From assembly GCA_965205865.1 (NCBI GenBank), contig CBDBHR010000030.1:1184001-1248000 (forward strand): a DNA stretch of 64,000 nucleotides, given 5' to 3'. The notes below the pieces were generated by a model that was not told the DNA's origin, ran no database searches, and saw only the letters and a program-made list of their open reading frames with translations. The position numbers and the translations under genes were made by a program. Positions 50,010 to 62,070 of the stretch are shown one piece after another. The first letter of the stretch is position 1; each line of letters begins with the position of its first letter. This stretch comes from a bacterium (GTDB lineage Bacteria; SAR324; NAC60-12).

Positions 50010-51086
50010 ATGAAGAAAGAAGGACAGATTTTGGAGAAAAATTTGCCAGAAATTGATGATCGCACCCAAAGGGTATTAACAGGGATCATTGACAACTATA
50101 TACAGACCACCGAACCCGTGGGTTCACGCACGCTATCAAAGACGTTGGATGTTGAACTTTCACCGGCAACCATTCGTAACATCATGGTCGATTTATCGGA
50201 AATGGGTTATTTGAAGCAAACCCACACGTCTGCAGGAAGGATTCCAACGGACAAGGCATATCGCTTTTATGTGGATTCTCTTGCAGTGGCCAATGATTTA
50301 CCGAAGAGTATTCAGACGACGCTCAATGAAGTTTCTCATCTCAGTGGACCTCAAGTGGAGCAACTCTTGGTCAACACCACTCGAGTATTGGCAAATTTGA
50401 CGGAATTCATATGCGTGGTTTCCGCTCCAAAAGCGGAAGCAAGTCTTCTCCAGCGTATCGAATTCATCAAGGTCAACTCACGTGAAATTTTGGTGATCCT
50501 TATTACCAAATCGGGGTTGGTGCGTAACAAAATTATTGAATCAAGCGAAGGGTTGTCTCAAAATTTTCTCAATTCAGTGGCGCAATTCCTCAATGAACAA
50601 TTTCAAAACTCATCACTTCTGGAAATTCGTAATAAGATCCTGGAAAGTATGTTGGAAGATAAGGAACGCTACGACACCTTGCTGGCACAGGCGGTGCGTT
50701 TGGGGAAAAAGGCATTTGAACTCGACACGCCACCGGAATTGTACGTGGAGGGACAGATTGGTTTAATGTTGAGTACGAAATTCAAGAAGCAAGAGACCAT
50801 CAAGTCCTTGTTAGAAGCATTCGAGGAAAAGAGTACCATCATGGCAATTGTCGACAACACCCTGGCGGCGGACCGGATTCAAATTTTTATAGGGGTAGAA
50901 AACAAATACCAGGGATTGCAGGAATGTTCCATGATCACTGCGGCGTATGGTTTAAAAAACAATGTTCTTGGAATGGTGGGGGTGGTTGGACCGACTTGCA
51001 TGGATTATCAGCGCATCATACCTGTGGTCGATTATACCGCAAAAATCCTGACGGCATCCCTTTCGGAACACGCCCAAATTGAATAG
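50010..51086 (+). CDS. hrcA: Heat-inducible repressor HrcA
   Basis: EPVGSRTL, SPATIRN, HTSAGRIPT, GPTCMDY; follows CIRCE. Confidence 0.95.
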   Translation: MKKEGQILEKNLPEIDDRTQRVLTGIIDNYIQTTEPVGSRTLSKTLDVELSPATIRNIMVDLSEMGYLKQTHTSAGRIPTDKAYRFYVDSLAVANDLPKSIQTTLNEVSHLSGPQVEQLLVNTTRVLANLTEFICVVSAPKAEASLLQRIEFIKVNSREILVILITKSGLVRNKIIESSEGLSQNFLNSVAQFLNEQFQNSSLLEIRNKILESMLEDKERYDTLLAQAVRLGKKAFELDTPPELYVEGQIGLMLSTKFKKQETIKSLLEAFEEKSTIMAIVDNTLAADRIQIFIGVENKYQGLQECSMITAAYGLKNNVLGMVGVVGPTCMDYQRIIPVVDYTAKILTASLSEHAQIE

Positions 51087-51130
51087 CAAGCAATTGGCAA
51101 AAAGAGGTCTTTCAACTTTGTATAAAAATC

Positions 51131-51865
51131 ATGAGAGTAAATAATCCTAAAGAGGTGAAAGAAGAAAACTATAATATGTCAGAAGAATCAGAAGATAAAA
51201 TTTCCTCGTCTGAAAATCCACATGAAAAGGAAATCGCAAACGAAACAAACAACGGACTTGAATCCCGGAAAAACCAAACACCGGATTTACAAGAAGATTC
51301 GGTTGCAAATGGAGTAACAGAAGGGCAGCCAGAGACTTCCGAAACAAGAGAGGTCGAATCAACAGAGAGTGAGGATACGCCTCCGGAAGTCAAGCCGGAG
51401 GAGCAACTGGAACAAGCGCAACAACAAGTCGAAGCATTACAAGATCGTTTGCTACGCATGAACGCCGAATTTGAGAATTACAAGAGACGCATAGCCAAGG
51501 AGAACGCAGAAAGATTCAAATTTTATCACATGGGTTTGGTGAAAGAATTGCTGCCTGCGTTGGACAGTTTGGAGAGGGCCATCGAGCATGGTCAAAAAGA
51601 AAATACGACAACTCAAGCAATGCTGGAAGGAATTCAGATGGTTTATAAGCTCAATCAAGAAGCACTCGAGAAATTTTCAGTGTCTAAAATTGAAGCAATT
51701 GGAGAGCCATTTGACCCTGCTGTTCATCAAGCGGTAGGGACGGTTGAATCAAACACGGTTCCGGAAAATCATGTGGTCGATCAATTCCAGATCGGTTATC
51801 TGCTACATAAGCGGGTGATTCGACCGGCTATGGTTCGTGTGTGTCAAAAAAACAACAATGAATGA
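51131..51865 (+). CDS. grpE: Nucleotide exchange factor GrpE
   Basis: AEFENYKRR, FDPAVHQA, GYLLHKRVIRPAMV. Start may be 51176. Confidence 0.95.
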   Translation: MRVNNPKEVKEENYNMSEESEDKISSSENPHEKEIANETNNGLESRKNQTPDLQEDSVANGVTEGQPETSETREVESTESEDTPPEVKPEEQLEQAQQQVEALQDRLLRMNAEFENYKRRIAKENAERFKFYHMGLVKELLPALDSLERAIEHGQKENTTTQAMLEGIQMVYKLNQEALEKFSVSKIEAIGEPFDPAVHQAVGTVESNTVPENHVVDQFQIGYLLHKRVIRPAMVRVCQKNNNE

Positions 51866-51904
51866 GGCGTAGAACGCGACGCCGAATGAAACAAGGAGCG
51901 ATTT

Positions 51905-53830
51905 ATGGGAAAAGTTATTGGAATTGATTTAGGAACAACAAACTCTTGTGTGGCTGTTATGGAAGGGGGAGATCCCAAAGTCATTCAGAACGCGGAAGGG
52001 ACGCGGACTACGCCTTCCATGATTGCATTCAATGATGCGGGAGAGCGTCTCAGTGGTCAAATCGCAAAACGACAAGCAGTCACCAATCCCAGCCGCACTA
52101 TTTTTTCCATCAAGCGATTGATGGGACAAAAATTGGTGGCGGAAGAAGTGAAACGCCTGGAAGCTGTAGCCCCTTACAAAGTGATGGCAGGACCTTCCAA
52201 TCTCGCCTATGTGGAAATCGACGGGAAAAAATACTCTCCTCCTGAAATTTCCGGATTCGTTTTGCAAAAAATGAAACAGACGGCGGAAGATTATCTGGGT
52301 GAAGAAGTGACCGATGCCGTCATCACAGTGCCTGCTTATTTCAATGACAGTCAGCGACAAGCCACAAAAGATGCGGGTAAAATTGCGGGTTTGAATGTTT
52401 TACGGATCATCAATGAACCAACCGCCGCCTCGCTGGCTTATGGCCTGGATAAGAAAAGCGACGAGAAAATCGCCGTTTTTGATTTAGGAGGGGGAACTTT
52501 TGATATTTCCATTCTCGAGATTGGGGATGGTGTCTTTGAAGTGAAGGCAACCAATGGAGACACGTTTTTAGGGGGGGATGATTTTGACAATCGCTTGATC
52601 AATTTTCTGGCAGATGAATTCAAAAAAGAACAGGCGATCGATCTCAGACAAGACAAGATGGCACTTCAACGATTGAAAGAAGCGGCTGAAAAAGCCAAAC
52701 ATGAGCTCTCTTCGAGTATGCAAACCGATGTCAATCTCCCTTTCATTACAGCAGATGCTTCAGGCCCCAAGCATATGAATCTCAAAATTTCCCGTGCTAA
52801 ATTCGAACAGCTTGTCGAGGAGTTGACCCAACGCTGTTTAGAGCCTTGTAAACGGGCATTGCGGGATGCGAAATGCACGGCCAGCGACATCGATGAAGTG
52901 ATTCTGGTAGGAGGAATGATTCGCATGCCCCGTATACAGGCTCTGGTCAAAGACTTTTTTGGCAAGGAACCTCATAAAGGTGTCAATCCGGATGAGGTGG
53001 TTGCAATTGGCGCCGCAATTCAAGGGGGCGTGCTCAGAGGAGACGTAAAGGATGTCTTATTGCTGGACGTGACGCCGCTTTCCCTCGGAATCGAAACCCT
53101 GGGAGGGGTGATGACTAAATTGATTGAACGCAACACGACCATTCCTACCCGTAAGAGCCAGACCTTTTCCACTGCCGCCGACAATCAACCTGCAGTGAGC
53201 ATTCATGTCTTGCAGGGAGAGCGCGAAATGGTTGCTGGCAATAAAACCCTCGGACGATTTGAATTGGTTGGCATTCCTCCGGCACCTCGTGGAATTCCTC
53301 AGATCGAAGTCACCTTCGACATCGATGCGAACGGCATCGTGCATGTCAATGCCAAAGACTTGGGAACTGGCAAAGAACAAAAGATCAAAATCACGACCTC
53401 CAGCGGACTTTCAGAAGAAGAAGTGGAAAGAATGGTCCGCGAAGCGGAGCAATATGCGGAGGATGATAAAAAGCAACGTGAAAAAGTAGAAACAAAAAAC
53501 GAAGCGGAAACATTGATCTACAGTACGGAAAAATCCCTCGGTGAAGTGGGAGACAAATTGCCCGAAACCGACAAAACCAATATCCGGGCTGCCATCGAAC
53601 AATTGAAAAAAGATGTGGAAGGTGGGGATGTGGAAACCATAAAAGCCAGCATCGGCACCCTGACGGAAGCCTCTCATAAACTGGCGGAGTTCCTCTATGC
53701 CCAAGCAACTCGACAACAGGCGGCTGCAGGCGAGGAGACGACTTCGACTGAGAGTTCTACTGATTCTGAGAAGCCGGATGATGATGACAATGTGGTGGAT
53801 GCCGAATTCGAAGAAATCAAGAAAGATTAA
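51905..53830 (+). CDS. dnaK: Chaperone DnaK
   Basis: [24 protein letters not shown]. Confidence 0.98.
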   Translation: MGKVIGIDLGTTNSCVAVMEGGDPKVIQNAEGTRTTPSMIAFNDAGERLSGQIAKRQAVTNPSRTIFSIKRLMGQKLVAEEVKRLEAVAPYKVMAGPSNLAYVEIDGKKYSPPEISGFVLQKMKQTAEDYLGEEVTDAVITVPAYFNDSQRQATKDAGKIAGLNVLRIINEPTAASLAYGLDKKSDEKIAVFDLGGGTFDISILEIGDGVFEVKATNGDTFLGGDDFDNRLINFLADEFKKEQAIDLRQDKMALQRLKEAAEKAKHELSSSMQTDVNLPFITADASGPKHMNLKISRAKFEQLVEELTQRCLEPCKRALRDAKCTASDIDEVILVGGMIRMPRIQALVKDFFGKEPHKGVNPDEVVAIGAAIQGGVLRGDVKDVLLLDVTPLSLGIETLGGVMTKLIERNTTIPTRKSQTFSTAADNQPAVSIHVLQGEREMVAGNKTLGRFELVGIPPAPRGIPQIEVTFDIDANGIVHVNAKDLGTGKEQKIKITTSSGLSEEEVERMVREAEQYAEDDKKQREKVETKNEAETLIYSTEKSLGEVGDKLPETDKTNIRAAIEQLKKDVEGGDVETIKASIGTLTEASHKLAEFLYAQATRQQAAAGEETTSTESSTDSEKPDDDDNVVDAEFEEIKKD

Positions 53831-53853
53831 ACGGAATTTAAGAGAGAAGTCTT

Positions 53854-54978
53854 TTGGCAAAACGCGATTATTACGAGGTTCTTGGTGTTTCCAAATCCGC
53901 ATCTGACGATGATCTAAAAAAAGCCTATCGTAAAGTTGCATTAAGATACCACCCCGACCGCAATCCTGGAGATAAGAAAGCGGAAGAAAAATTCAAGGAA
54001 GCGACTGAAGCATACGAAGTGCTCAGCAATGCTGAAAAGCGCACTCGTTATGATCGTTTCGGGCATGCCGGTGTGGGTCAAGGTTCCGAAGGGATGGGAG
54101 ATCCGTTTTCAAATTTTGGAAGCGGTGGGCTTGGAGACGTATTCGATGACATTTTCGGTCAATTTTTTGGCGGATCGTCTCGTAACAGCGGATCAAGGAG
54201 AGCTCAGCGAGGTGCGGACCTGCAATATAATCTGGAAGTTACTTTTGAGCAGGCCGCTTTTGGACATAGCGCTGAACTCGATATTCCCCGTTTGGAAACC
54301 TGCGGACAGTGTGGTGGTCTCGGAGCCCGTTCTTCGAAGGATATCGAAATATGCGGTGTCTGCCAGGGAACCGGACAGCAAAGTGTGCAGCAGGGTTTCT
54401 TCAGTGTTGCCACCGCCTGTAATCGTTGTCATGGAGAAGGAAAAATCATCCGCAGACCCTGCCCCGCCTGTCAAGGGAGCACTCGTATCACAAAGACTAA
54501 AACACTGCGTGTCAATATTCCTGCAGGGGTGGACAATGGATCCCGTATCAAAATAACCGGTGAGGGTGAACAAGGTCCGCATGGTGGACCTGCCGGTGAT
54601 CTCCATGTCGTGCTTCAAGTCAGGCAACATCCCATTTTTGAACGTGTGGAAAGTGATCTGTATTGCGAAGTGCCGATCAGTGTCAGCAAAGCGGCACTGG
54701 GAACGGAAATTGAAGTACCAACCTTGGAAGGAGCTGCACGACTCAAAATCCCCCCTGGTTCACAAACTCACAGAGTATTTCGCCTCCGCAACAAGGGCAT
54801 TGTCCATCTGAGAACTAACAGAAGGGGAGATTTGCATGTCAGAATCGTCGTTGAAACCCCCACAAACCTGACATCCAAGCAACAGGAATTATTGGAAGAT
54901 TTCGAAAAAATTTCCAATGAACGAAGCCATCCCTTACATACGAAATTCGTAGACAAAATCAAAGAACTGTTTTCCTGA
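53854..54978 (+). CDS. dnaJ: Chaperone DnaJ
   Basis: HPD motif and four CxxCxGxG-type repeats; TTG start. Confidence 0.97.
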   Translation: MAKRDYYEVLGVSKSASDDDLKKAYRKVALRYHPDRNPGDKKAEEKFKEATEAYEVLSNAEKRTRYDRFGHAGVGQGSEGMGDPFSNFGSGGLGDVFDDIFGQFFGGSSRNSGSRRAQRGADLQYNLEVTFEQAAFGHSAELDIPRLETCGQCGGLGARSSKDIEICGVCQGTGQQSVQQGFFSVATACNRCHGEGKIIRRPCPACQGSTRITKTKTLRVNIPAGVDNGSRIKITGEGEQGPHGGPAGDLHVVLQVRQHPIFERVESDLYCEVPISVSKAALGTEIEVPTLEGAARLKIPPGSQTHRVFRLRNKGIVHLRTNRRGDLHVRIVVETPTNLTSKQQELLEDFEKISNERSHPLHTKFVDKIKELFS

Positions 54979-55088
54979 TTCTTGCTATAAACCCGGTATT
55001 TCTCCACTTCGTAAGGACTAGGCATTCAGATTTCTTAGTTGCTCACAAGGTATTCAGCCGGCAAAGCAATTGCCATGAAAGTCCATTT

Positions 55089-56249
55089 ATGAATCATTCT
55101 GACAATGTCCATCGACTGCAACTGAAAGACAAGGAAGTGCTTCTCATTGGGACAGCCCACATTTCTCGAGAAAGTACCAACGAAGTGATGCAGGTGATTG
55201 AACACGAACAGCCCAAGACGGTTTGTGTCGAACTGTGCAAGTCTCGATATGAAGCTCTTTCCCGCAAAGACCACTGGAAAAGCATGGACATATTCAAAGT
55301 TATCCGGGAGAAAAAAACTTTTTTACTCCTGGCCAATATCATCCTGGCTTCTTTTCAAAAAAGGCTGGGGAACAAATTGGGCATTCAACCCGGCCGGGAA
55401 ATGATCGTAGCCATTGATTCGGCAAAAGCCATTCAGGCAAACATTGTGCTGGCAGATCGAGACGTACAAACCACCTTTCTGAAAACCTGGCGCATGCTTC
55501 CTTTTCGGGAAAAAGTGAAAGTGCTCATGCAGATGATGATGAGTGTTTTTGTCTCGGAGGAAATCAGCCGAGACGATATCGAAAAAATGAAGACCCAGGA
55601 TGTGTTGACAGAAACCATGGAGATCTTCTCCCGTCAATCACCAATGATGAAAAAGGTTCTCATTGACGAACGAGATCAATATCTTGCAGAAAAAATCAGG
55701 ACGGCGCCCGGGGAAAAAATCGTCGCGGTGGTGGGCGCAGGACATGTACCTGGAATAAAAAAAGAAATAAACCACTCGCACGACTTACCTGTCTTGGAAC
55801 AGGTACCATCTCCTGCGCGGTGGGGAAATTGGTTGAAATGGGGTATTCCTGCCTTGATCATCTCCTTGATTGCTTATGGTTTTTTTCTCGCCGATTGGAA
55901 TGTTGGCATTGAAATGGTAAAACGCTGGTTTTTGATCAATGGGATTTTGTCGGCTCTCGGAGTAGTACTGGCGGCAGGTCATCCTTTGACCATCCTTTCT
56001 GCTTTCATTGCCGCCCCTTTCACGTCTCTGAATCCTACCATCGCAGCAGGTTGGGTTGCCGGGTTGGTCGAAGCGTTTGTGCGTAAACCACAGGTTCGGG
56101 ATTTTGAAAACCTCATGGAGGACATCACCCATATCTCCGGATTCTGGAGAAACAAAGTCACCCGTATTCTTCTGATTGTTGTTTTTGCGAATGTCGGCAG
56201 TATGGTGGGGACATTCATTGGCGGTGGGGCCATCATCGAACTATTGTAA
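55089..56249 (+). CDS. TraB/GumN-family (pheromone shutdown-like) membrane protein
   Basis: IGTAHIS, VCVEL, ERD, VVGAGH, C-terminal TM helices. Confidence 0.88.
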   Translation: MNHSDNVHRLQLKDKEVLLIGTAHISRESTNEVMQVIEHEQPKTVCVELCKSRYEALSRKDHWKSMDIFKVIREKKTFLLLANIILASFQKRLGNKLGIQPGREMIVAIDSAKAIQANIVLADRDVQTTFLKTWRMLPFREKVKVLMQMMMSVFVSEEISRDDIEKMKTQDVLTETMEIFSRQSPMMKKVLIDERDQYLAEKIRTAPGEKIVAVVGAGHVPGIKKEINHSHDLPVLEQVPSPARWGNWLKWGIPALIISLIAYGFFLADWNVGIEMVKRWFLINGILSALGVVLAAGHPLTILSAFIAAPFTSLNPTIAAGWVAGLVEAFVRKPQVRDFENLMEDITHISGFWRNKVTRILLIVVFANVGSMVGTFIGGGAIIELL

Positions 56250-56459
56250 CCTGAGTTCGAGATAAGAATTTAATAAATTCAATATGTTATGGAATTTTCA
56301 TATCTTAGAGAAACCTTGTCATTCCTGCGAGATCCCTGCGTACGCAGGGAAGGAATCCAGAGGTATGCGGCCAGACTGAAATCTGGATCCCCGCTTTCGC
56401 GAGGATGACATATACACTAGGATACTCATATTATTGAAGATTTATGTCGAACTCAGGTT
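56248..56459. mobile_element. MITE copy 3 (TSD ATTGT)
   Basis: Same TIRs; shorter internal palindrome. Confidence 0.88.
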
Positions 56460-56485
56460 ATTGTGAGAATCTCGGGAGAACACGG

Positions 56486-57103
56486 ATGTTGCGGTTTTTT
56501 TTCGATGTCGATGGAGTTTTACTCAATTTTGAAAAGAGTTATGTCCGTGTCTTGAAGGACTATTTTAAATTGGACGTTCCTGATGATTTCGAGATGGCAG
56601 ACTGGTTTTTCAAGGATGTGCTGGATGAGAATCAACTCAAAGAAAGCTGGGAATATTTTATCGGCAGCGACCATTTTAGCCGACTCTCTCCGCTAATCAA
56701 CCCGGAACGGTTCAATCGTGTCTTTGGGGCCTACCCAGTGCATTTCATCACAAATATCCCTCGACAGTATTTAGAAAAGCGAAAACAAAACCTGAAAGAT
56801 GCTGGATTTCGCTGGCATTCCCTGCATTGTGGCGGAATGGTATCCTTTGATTACAATCCTCCGGTGACCAAGGCAGAAATTATCCGTCAGCTGGCGCGGG
56901 ATGAGGAGATATTGGTATTCGTGGATGATCATCCGGACAATTGTATGAACGTTCATGAGCATTTTTCTCAAGCAAAAGTCTGGCTTATTTCTCGTCCTTT
57001 CAATCAACATTTCACTCATTCCGTGATTCGCCGCGCCGATCATTGGGATACCCTCATTGCCTTTTCAAAAGACTTGATCAACGCCGTAGTGAATCACCGC
57101 TGA
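56486..57103 (+). CDS. HAD-superfamily hydrolase (5'-nucleotidase-like)
   Basis: FDVDGVL, FITN, K, FVDD motifs. Confidence 0.8.
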   Translation: MLRFFFDVDGVLLNFEKSYVRVLKDYFKLDVPDDFEMADWFFKDVLDENQLKESWEYFIGSDHFSRLSPLINPERFNRVFGAYPVHFITNIPRQYLEKRKQNLKDAGFRWHSLHCGGMVSFDYNPPVTKAEIIRQLARDEEILVFVDDHPDNCMNVHEHFSQAKVWLISRPFNQHFTHSVIRRADHWDTLIAFSKDLINAVVNHR

Positions 57104-57391
57104 GCCTCTCTGCACTGCCCTCTTGAAGCCAGAACCCAGGACCCACATGGCGTGGCCTGCGCCTGGATTCCCGCTCAAGCCAGGAATGACAAAAATTGAA
57201 AATCACAGACTGCTGTCTAAACTAATCCGGAGAATAAAGGGGAAGTCCCGGCACTTGTTCTTGGGGAGAGATGGCAACGTCAGCATGAAGTGATTTATTT
57301 GGAAGTCTGAATATCTGCGGGGAATTCAAGCATAGTCAGAACTGGACGCAAAGTGAAAAAAAATCTGCCGCTTTTTTTAAACCGGAAGGAC

Positions 57392-58933
57392 TCAAAAAGA
57401 ATAAAAAATCCGAGCCACTAGATGAGTGATGGGTTCATTCCTTTCCAGAGGGGTATGATTGTCATTGTAATTGAATGCTTCTCCTGCCATGAAAAAGTTG
57501 ATTTCCAGCTCCGTATGCAAGTGCTTGTCCCATTTCCAAAAAAGCGTGTTATCCCACTCCAGGCCGATATTACTCACTTGCTTTCCAATCGCATTCAGGG
57601 TTGGCTTGCTACGAGCGAGCTGGAACAATCCCCCTCGATACATGAAGGAATATTCCTCCAATGTCAATTGGTACCATCCTCCAAACATGTTGGTATTGCT
57701 GACCGAATGCCCCAAACCGGTTCCGCTTGTCAACCCCAATCCCCCACCATTGAAGTAAAAATTGGTTCCTTGATAAGTGCCTGGAACGATTTCATGGTAG
57801 CCATTCAAAGTTCGTAAGAAGTTGGCGCCGCTGTTATCAGGATCATTTATTTCCTCGTCACCAGACGCTATCAAACCTCGAAAACCAATTTGATGGTTAT
57901 CAAGCTGATAACTCAGTTCCAATTCGCTGGCCACACCCGCTATCGATTGTTTGCTCCGTTCTGAGCTATCTTTTAAATGGTAACGGCGTTTTCCCTGATT
58001 GCCGGTTAGATCGAATCTCAAATTAAGTGGATATAATTCCCAGTTCACCAAAATTCCAAAATATTCTTGCTCTCTTGCATCATAGTACCAACCCTTTTCC
58101 CCTGTTGTTGCTTGCATTGTTGTCGTCTCGCGAAAGACGGGACCGTTGCCTCTGCCCAGAGGAACATCACGCTCCGTATAAAGGATACGGAATATTTCTA
58201 TATCCAATAAGCGCGATGTGGCGCCATCCTCATTTTGTTCATGAAAGACGGGATAATTCAGGGAACCATAGTACAGCCATTCGGCTGAATGCCGGCCAAT
58301 TTTGGCTGCTCCTAACTGGTAACACCAAGTTCCTATTGTACAATCTTGAGAAATACCTGTGAGGATTCCCGAAAAAACTTTGCCTCGACGGTCTCCAATA
58401 TTGAATGCGTGTTTCCCTGCTCTCAGAATATTCCGTGGATTGGAGTTGTATTCCAAAAATGCCTGCCGTGCCTGAACCTGGGCCGATTGAGAATCCGGTA
58501 CCTTTCTCAAGGAATTTTCTTCTCTCAAATTTGCTTCCTGCCAAGGTCCTTGCCGGATTTCCAATTCGGCATTGATAGAAAGATTGCGATGGAAGATGGA
58601 ATGCAATCCGATTCTCAGTTCGTGTTCGAAAGACAAGTCCTTGGGGTTGATTTCGTTTTCTCCATAGGGAGGAAAGGTACTGCTGTCCATATGCCTGACA
58701 TGCAAGCGATAATCTGCCGAAATTTTCAAACCTGCAGAAAACATCAGGGTATCCTCCCTTTCTTCTACGTCTTCCGCACTCATAGGGGTAAAATTTGATT
58801 GAGCGAACGCATTGCCTGCAATCCATGCAATTGCGATCCAACTGACAAGGAAGATTTGCAAGAAAAAGTATACGGACCGCTCGTAGCTCAGGGGAACCAG
58901 CCGTCTACCAATTTTCGGAAAAAAATGTTTCAT
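57392..58933 (-). CDS. Probable outer-membrane beta-barrel protein
   Basis: Signal peptide, alternating aromatic strands, C-terminal ...RIFYSF. Start uncertain. Confidence 0.65.
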   Translation of the reverse strand: MKHFFPKIGRRLVPLSYERSVYFFLQIFLVSWIAIAWIAGNAFAQSNFTPMSAEDVEEREDTLMFSAGLKISADYRLHVRHMDSSTFPPYGENEINPKDLSFEHELRIGLHSIFHRNLSINAELEIRQGPWQEANLREENSLRKVPDSQSAQVQARQAFLEYNSNPRNILRAGKHAFNIGDRRGKVFSGILTGISQDCTIGTWCYQLGAAKIGRHSAEWLYYGSLNYPVFHEQNEDGATSRLLDIEIFRILYTERDVPLGRGNGPVFRETTTMQATTGEKGWYYDAREQEYFGILVNWELYPLNLRFDLTGNQGKRRYHLKDSSERSKQSIAGVASELELSYQLDNHQIGFRGLIASGDEEINDPDNSGANFLRTLNGYHEIVPGTYQGTNFYFNGGGLGLTSGTGLGHSVSNTNMFGGWYQLTLEEYSFMYRGGLFQLARSKPTLNAIGKQVSNIGLEWDNTLFWKWDKHLHTELEINFFMAGEAFNYNDNHTPLERNEPITHLVARIFYSF

Positions 58934-59173
58934 AAGGATTCGTCCGGAGTGGTTGCGCAAGAGGATAAATAGATTACTTTCGCTGTGATTTATAAAGAAA
59001 AAATTTTGCTTTCACAAGTGTTTTTTAGAACTCTCTGAAAAAAACTGGCTTTTCCAGGGTGCCTTGATTACAAATATTGATCCGGCACTTTATAAATAGC
59101 TCGGACCACAGCAAAAGAGCCCATCTTTGGTAGGCTGATTCGTCGCATTGGCGTACTTCATTGAGGAATTCTT

Positions 59174-60931
59174 ATGACAGCGACCCAACTTTCCAAACAG
59201 AAAATCTGGAGTTTTCTTCCCTCTCCGGAACCCGATCTCTTACGGAAAGTGAGTGGAGAATTCCGCTTGTCTAAATTGGTCAGCAGCATTTTAGTCAGGC
59301 GGGGTTATTCGACGTCGGAGTCCATATACGCTTTTTTGCATCCTCAGCTTTCAAACTTGCGCAATCCTTACTTGATGCGAGATATGCGAAAAGGCGTGGA
59401 TTTATTGAAATGGGCAATTTTTGCGCAAAAACGCATTGTTATTCTGGGCGACTATGATGTTGATGGGATCACGGCGACCGCCATGTTGATGTTGTTTCTG
59501 AAATCTTGTGGATGCCGGAACATCGACTATTTCATTCCCAATCGCTTTGATCATGGATATGGTTTGACCCAAGCCAGCGCAGATGTTTTGCTGGAAATGC
59601 AACCGGATCTTGTAGTCACCGTAGATAATGGCATCACTGCCCTCCGCGAAATTCAAACCCTGCAACAACGTGGTATCCGAACTTTGATAACCGATCATCA
59701 TCTTGCGGATTCCAGCGGAACGGCGCTCTTTAGCGGACATCCCCCTCAAATCCCCGATGGAGTGGTAATCAACCCCAACCGACCGGATTGTGACTATCCT
59801 TTCAAGGGAATTTCAGGTTGCGGGGTTGCCTTGAAGCTTTTGACGGCATTGAGAAAGGATTTGCGAGATGCCAACTTTTGGACTCTTGAAAAACCACAAC
59901 CCAATCTGAAAGCATACCTCGACTTGGCCGCTCTCGGCACCGTCGCCGACGTTGTTCCTTTAGTGGATGAAAATCGCATTTTGGCGCATTGTGGTATCCA
60001 GTGCATGAATGCGCAACCTCGCGTTGGCATTCAAGCGCTCTCTCGCTTGAAAAACATCAGGAGCGTCGATACTCAGACTCTCGCTTTCCAATTTGGTCCA
60101 CTTTTAAATGCGGCAGGACGAATGTACAATGCCGCCATCGGAGTGAAATTGCTCTTGAGTGATGATTTTAACGAAGCAGAGAAAATTGCAAGACAACTGG
60201 ATCAAGCCAATCAGGAACGCCGTGAAACCGAAGCCCGAATGTTGGAAATTGCCACGGAACAAGCACGAGTCCTCCAACATCAGCACGGTCTGGTGCTGCA
60301 ATCATCTCAATTTCACGAAGGCATCAGTGGCATTGTGGCAGCAAGGATGGTTGAACAATTTTATAAACCAACGATTGTCTGCGCAAAAAATGGAAATTAT
60401 TACAAATGCTCCGCGCGGTCCATTCCGGAACTCCATATCAAAAACGTTTTGAATCAGTGCGCTGAACAACTAGAGAAATTTGGAGGTCATGCCGGAGCGG
60501 CTGGTTGTACCGTTCATGAGGAACAGTTTGAAACCTTTATTGAGAAATACGAATCGACTTGCAAAAAATTCCTGACGGTCGACGGACAGATTCAGATTCC
60601 GCAGCCTCGGCTGATGCTCGAAGGAGAACTGACTCTTGATGCCATTGATTGGCATCTGATTGATCAATTGGAATTGCTGCAACCTTTTGGCGCCGCCAAT
60701 CCAACTCCTCTTTTTTCTATCCCAACCCCTCGGCAAGCGTTCCATACGTTGAAAGAAAAGCACCTCAAATGGGGCACGCGAGGAAAAGATATCATCGGGT
60801 GGAATTTAGCCGGACCTTTTTTAAACGCGCAGGCAATGAATCGAGTCCCTCAAAAACTTGCAGTCCTTCTTGGAGTCAATGTATTCCAAGGTCGGCGATC
60901 CATTCAACTGGTGATTCAAGATTATCAGTGA
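59174..60931 (+). CDS. recJ: ssDNA exonuclease RecJ
   Basis: GDYDVDG, TVDNG, TDHH, GTVADV, GGH. Confidence 0.95.
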   Translation: MTATQLSKQKIWSFLPSPEPDLLRKVSGEFRLSKLVSSILVRRGYSTSESIYAFLHPQLSNLRNPYLMRDMRKGVDLLKWAIFAQKRIVILGDYDVDGITATAMLMLFLKSCGCRNIDYFIPNRFDHGYGLTQASADVLLEMQPDLVVTVDNGITALREIQTLQQRGIRTLITDHHLADSSGTALFSGHPPQIPDGVVINPNRPDCDYPFKGISGCGVALKLLTALRKDLRDANFWTLEKPQPNLKAYLDLAALGTVADVVPLVDENRILAHCGIQCMNAQPRVGIQALSRLKNIRSVDTQTLAFQFGPLLNAAGRMYNAAIGVKLLLSDDFNEAEKIARQLDQANQERRETEARMLEIATEQARVLQHQHGLVLQSSQFHEGISGIVAARMVEQFYKPTIVCAKNGNYYKCSARSIPELHIKNVLNQCAEQLEKFGGHAGAAGCTVHEEQFETFIEKYESTCKKFLTVDGQIQIPQPRLMLEGELTLDAIDWHLIDQLELLQPFGAANPTPLFSIPTPRQAFHTLKEKHLKWGTRGKDIIGWNLAGPFLNAQAMNRVPQKLAVLLGVNVFQGRRSIQLVIQDYQ

Positions 60932-60957
60932 AGAAGAAAAATGATTTTATTGCAGTC

Positions 60958-61998
60958 TCATTGTGACGAAGACTCCATGGTCCGCTGAGAGATTTTTGCC
61001 AGCACGAGCACAAGAACAATCCCCACAATCATCAAAATCACCGCCAAGAGTAATTGGATATCAAATTGTGCAGGCAAAATGTTTTGTTCTTCTAAAATAT
61101 GGATTTCTCCATGAATGACTTTGCTTTCCAATATTTCCTTCCAGGGCCAGATTTTCCGCATGGCTCCAACCATAACCCCTGTCAACAACGCCATGGTGGC
61201 ACTGCGATAATGACTCAAAAGGGATTTTAAAATTCGGGAAAACCCCACAATGCCAATCACACAACCCAAGGCGAAGAGGAAAATCACCAGCATGTTGTCG
61301 AGATTGAAGGGGTTTTTGACGGCTCCCGTAACAAATTCATACTTTCCCAGAATCAATAAAAGGAAGGATCCACTCAAACCAGGCAAGACCATTGCGCAAA
61401 TAACTATGATGCCACTGAAAACCAGAAACCACCAAGTTTCAGGAGTGGTGAGGGGAATCACGCCGACGATGAAATAGGCGCTCAGTCCTCCTCCCCCGGC
61501 AAAAAGAATGGTGGTACCTTGCCAGGAATCGATTTCCTTACCGACTATGAAAATGGATGCGAGGATCAATCCGAAGAACAAAGACCAGGTCAAAACCGCG
61601 TGGGTTGTGATCAAATAATGCATCAGCCTTGCAGTACTGACGATTGCGACACCAATTCCAAACAAAAGAGGCAGTAGGAAACGCAAATGAATTTCGGCCA
61701 AAGCGCTCTTCCATTCAAATCGAAGGAGACTCCTGACAAAGACCGGATTGATGGAAACAATTGCCCCTAACCATTGGGAATAAATTCCACTAATGAAAGC
61801 AATAGTGCCTCCGGAAACACCTGGAACGATATCCGCAGTTCCCATGCAAAATCCTTTCAGCATCAGTAGCTGAAAATCCTTCCGAGTACGGGGTCCCGGA
61901 CTGAAAAGCCATGCTGCTTTCCAGCTGCTCGGTTGGGAACCGCTGCTTATTGAAGTTTTATTCGCGTTTGGTAAATCAGATGGAGTGGGTACTTCCAT
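60958..61998 (-). CDS. DUF368-family membrane protein
   Basis: ADIVPGVSGGTIA and MVLPGLSGS motifs. Confidence 0.88.
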   Translation of the reverse strand: MEVPTPSDLPNANKTSISSGSQPSSWKAAWLFSPGPRTRKDFQLLMLKGFCMGTADIVPGVSGGTIAFISGIYSQWLGAIVSINPVFVRSLLRFEWKSALAEIHLRFLLPLLFGIGVAIVSTARLMHYLITTHAVLTWSLFFGLILASIFIVGKEIDSWQGTTILFAGGGGLSAYFIVGVIPLTTPETWWFLVFSGIIVICAMVLPGLSGSFLLLILGKYEFVTGAVKNPFNLDNMLVIFLFALGCVIGIVGFSRILKSLLSHYRSATMALLTGVMVGAMRKIWPWKEILESKVIHGEIHILEEQNILPAQFDIQLLLAVILMIVGIVLVLVLAKISQRTMESSSQ

Positions 61999-62070
61999 AG
62001 CAAAATAGGAGAGGGCGCTTTTTCAGTCATCAAGGAGGAAAGTGATTTATATTGAATGCCAGGAAATAGA

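Noticed and set aside
57130-57195. GGATTCCCGC..GGAATGAC palindromes (also about 37155-37222) as ncRNA genes
   Set aside because: They match the REP-like palindrome inside the MITEs and are better explained as dispersed repeats.
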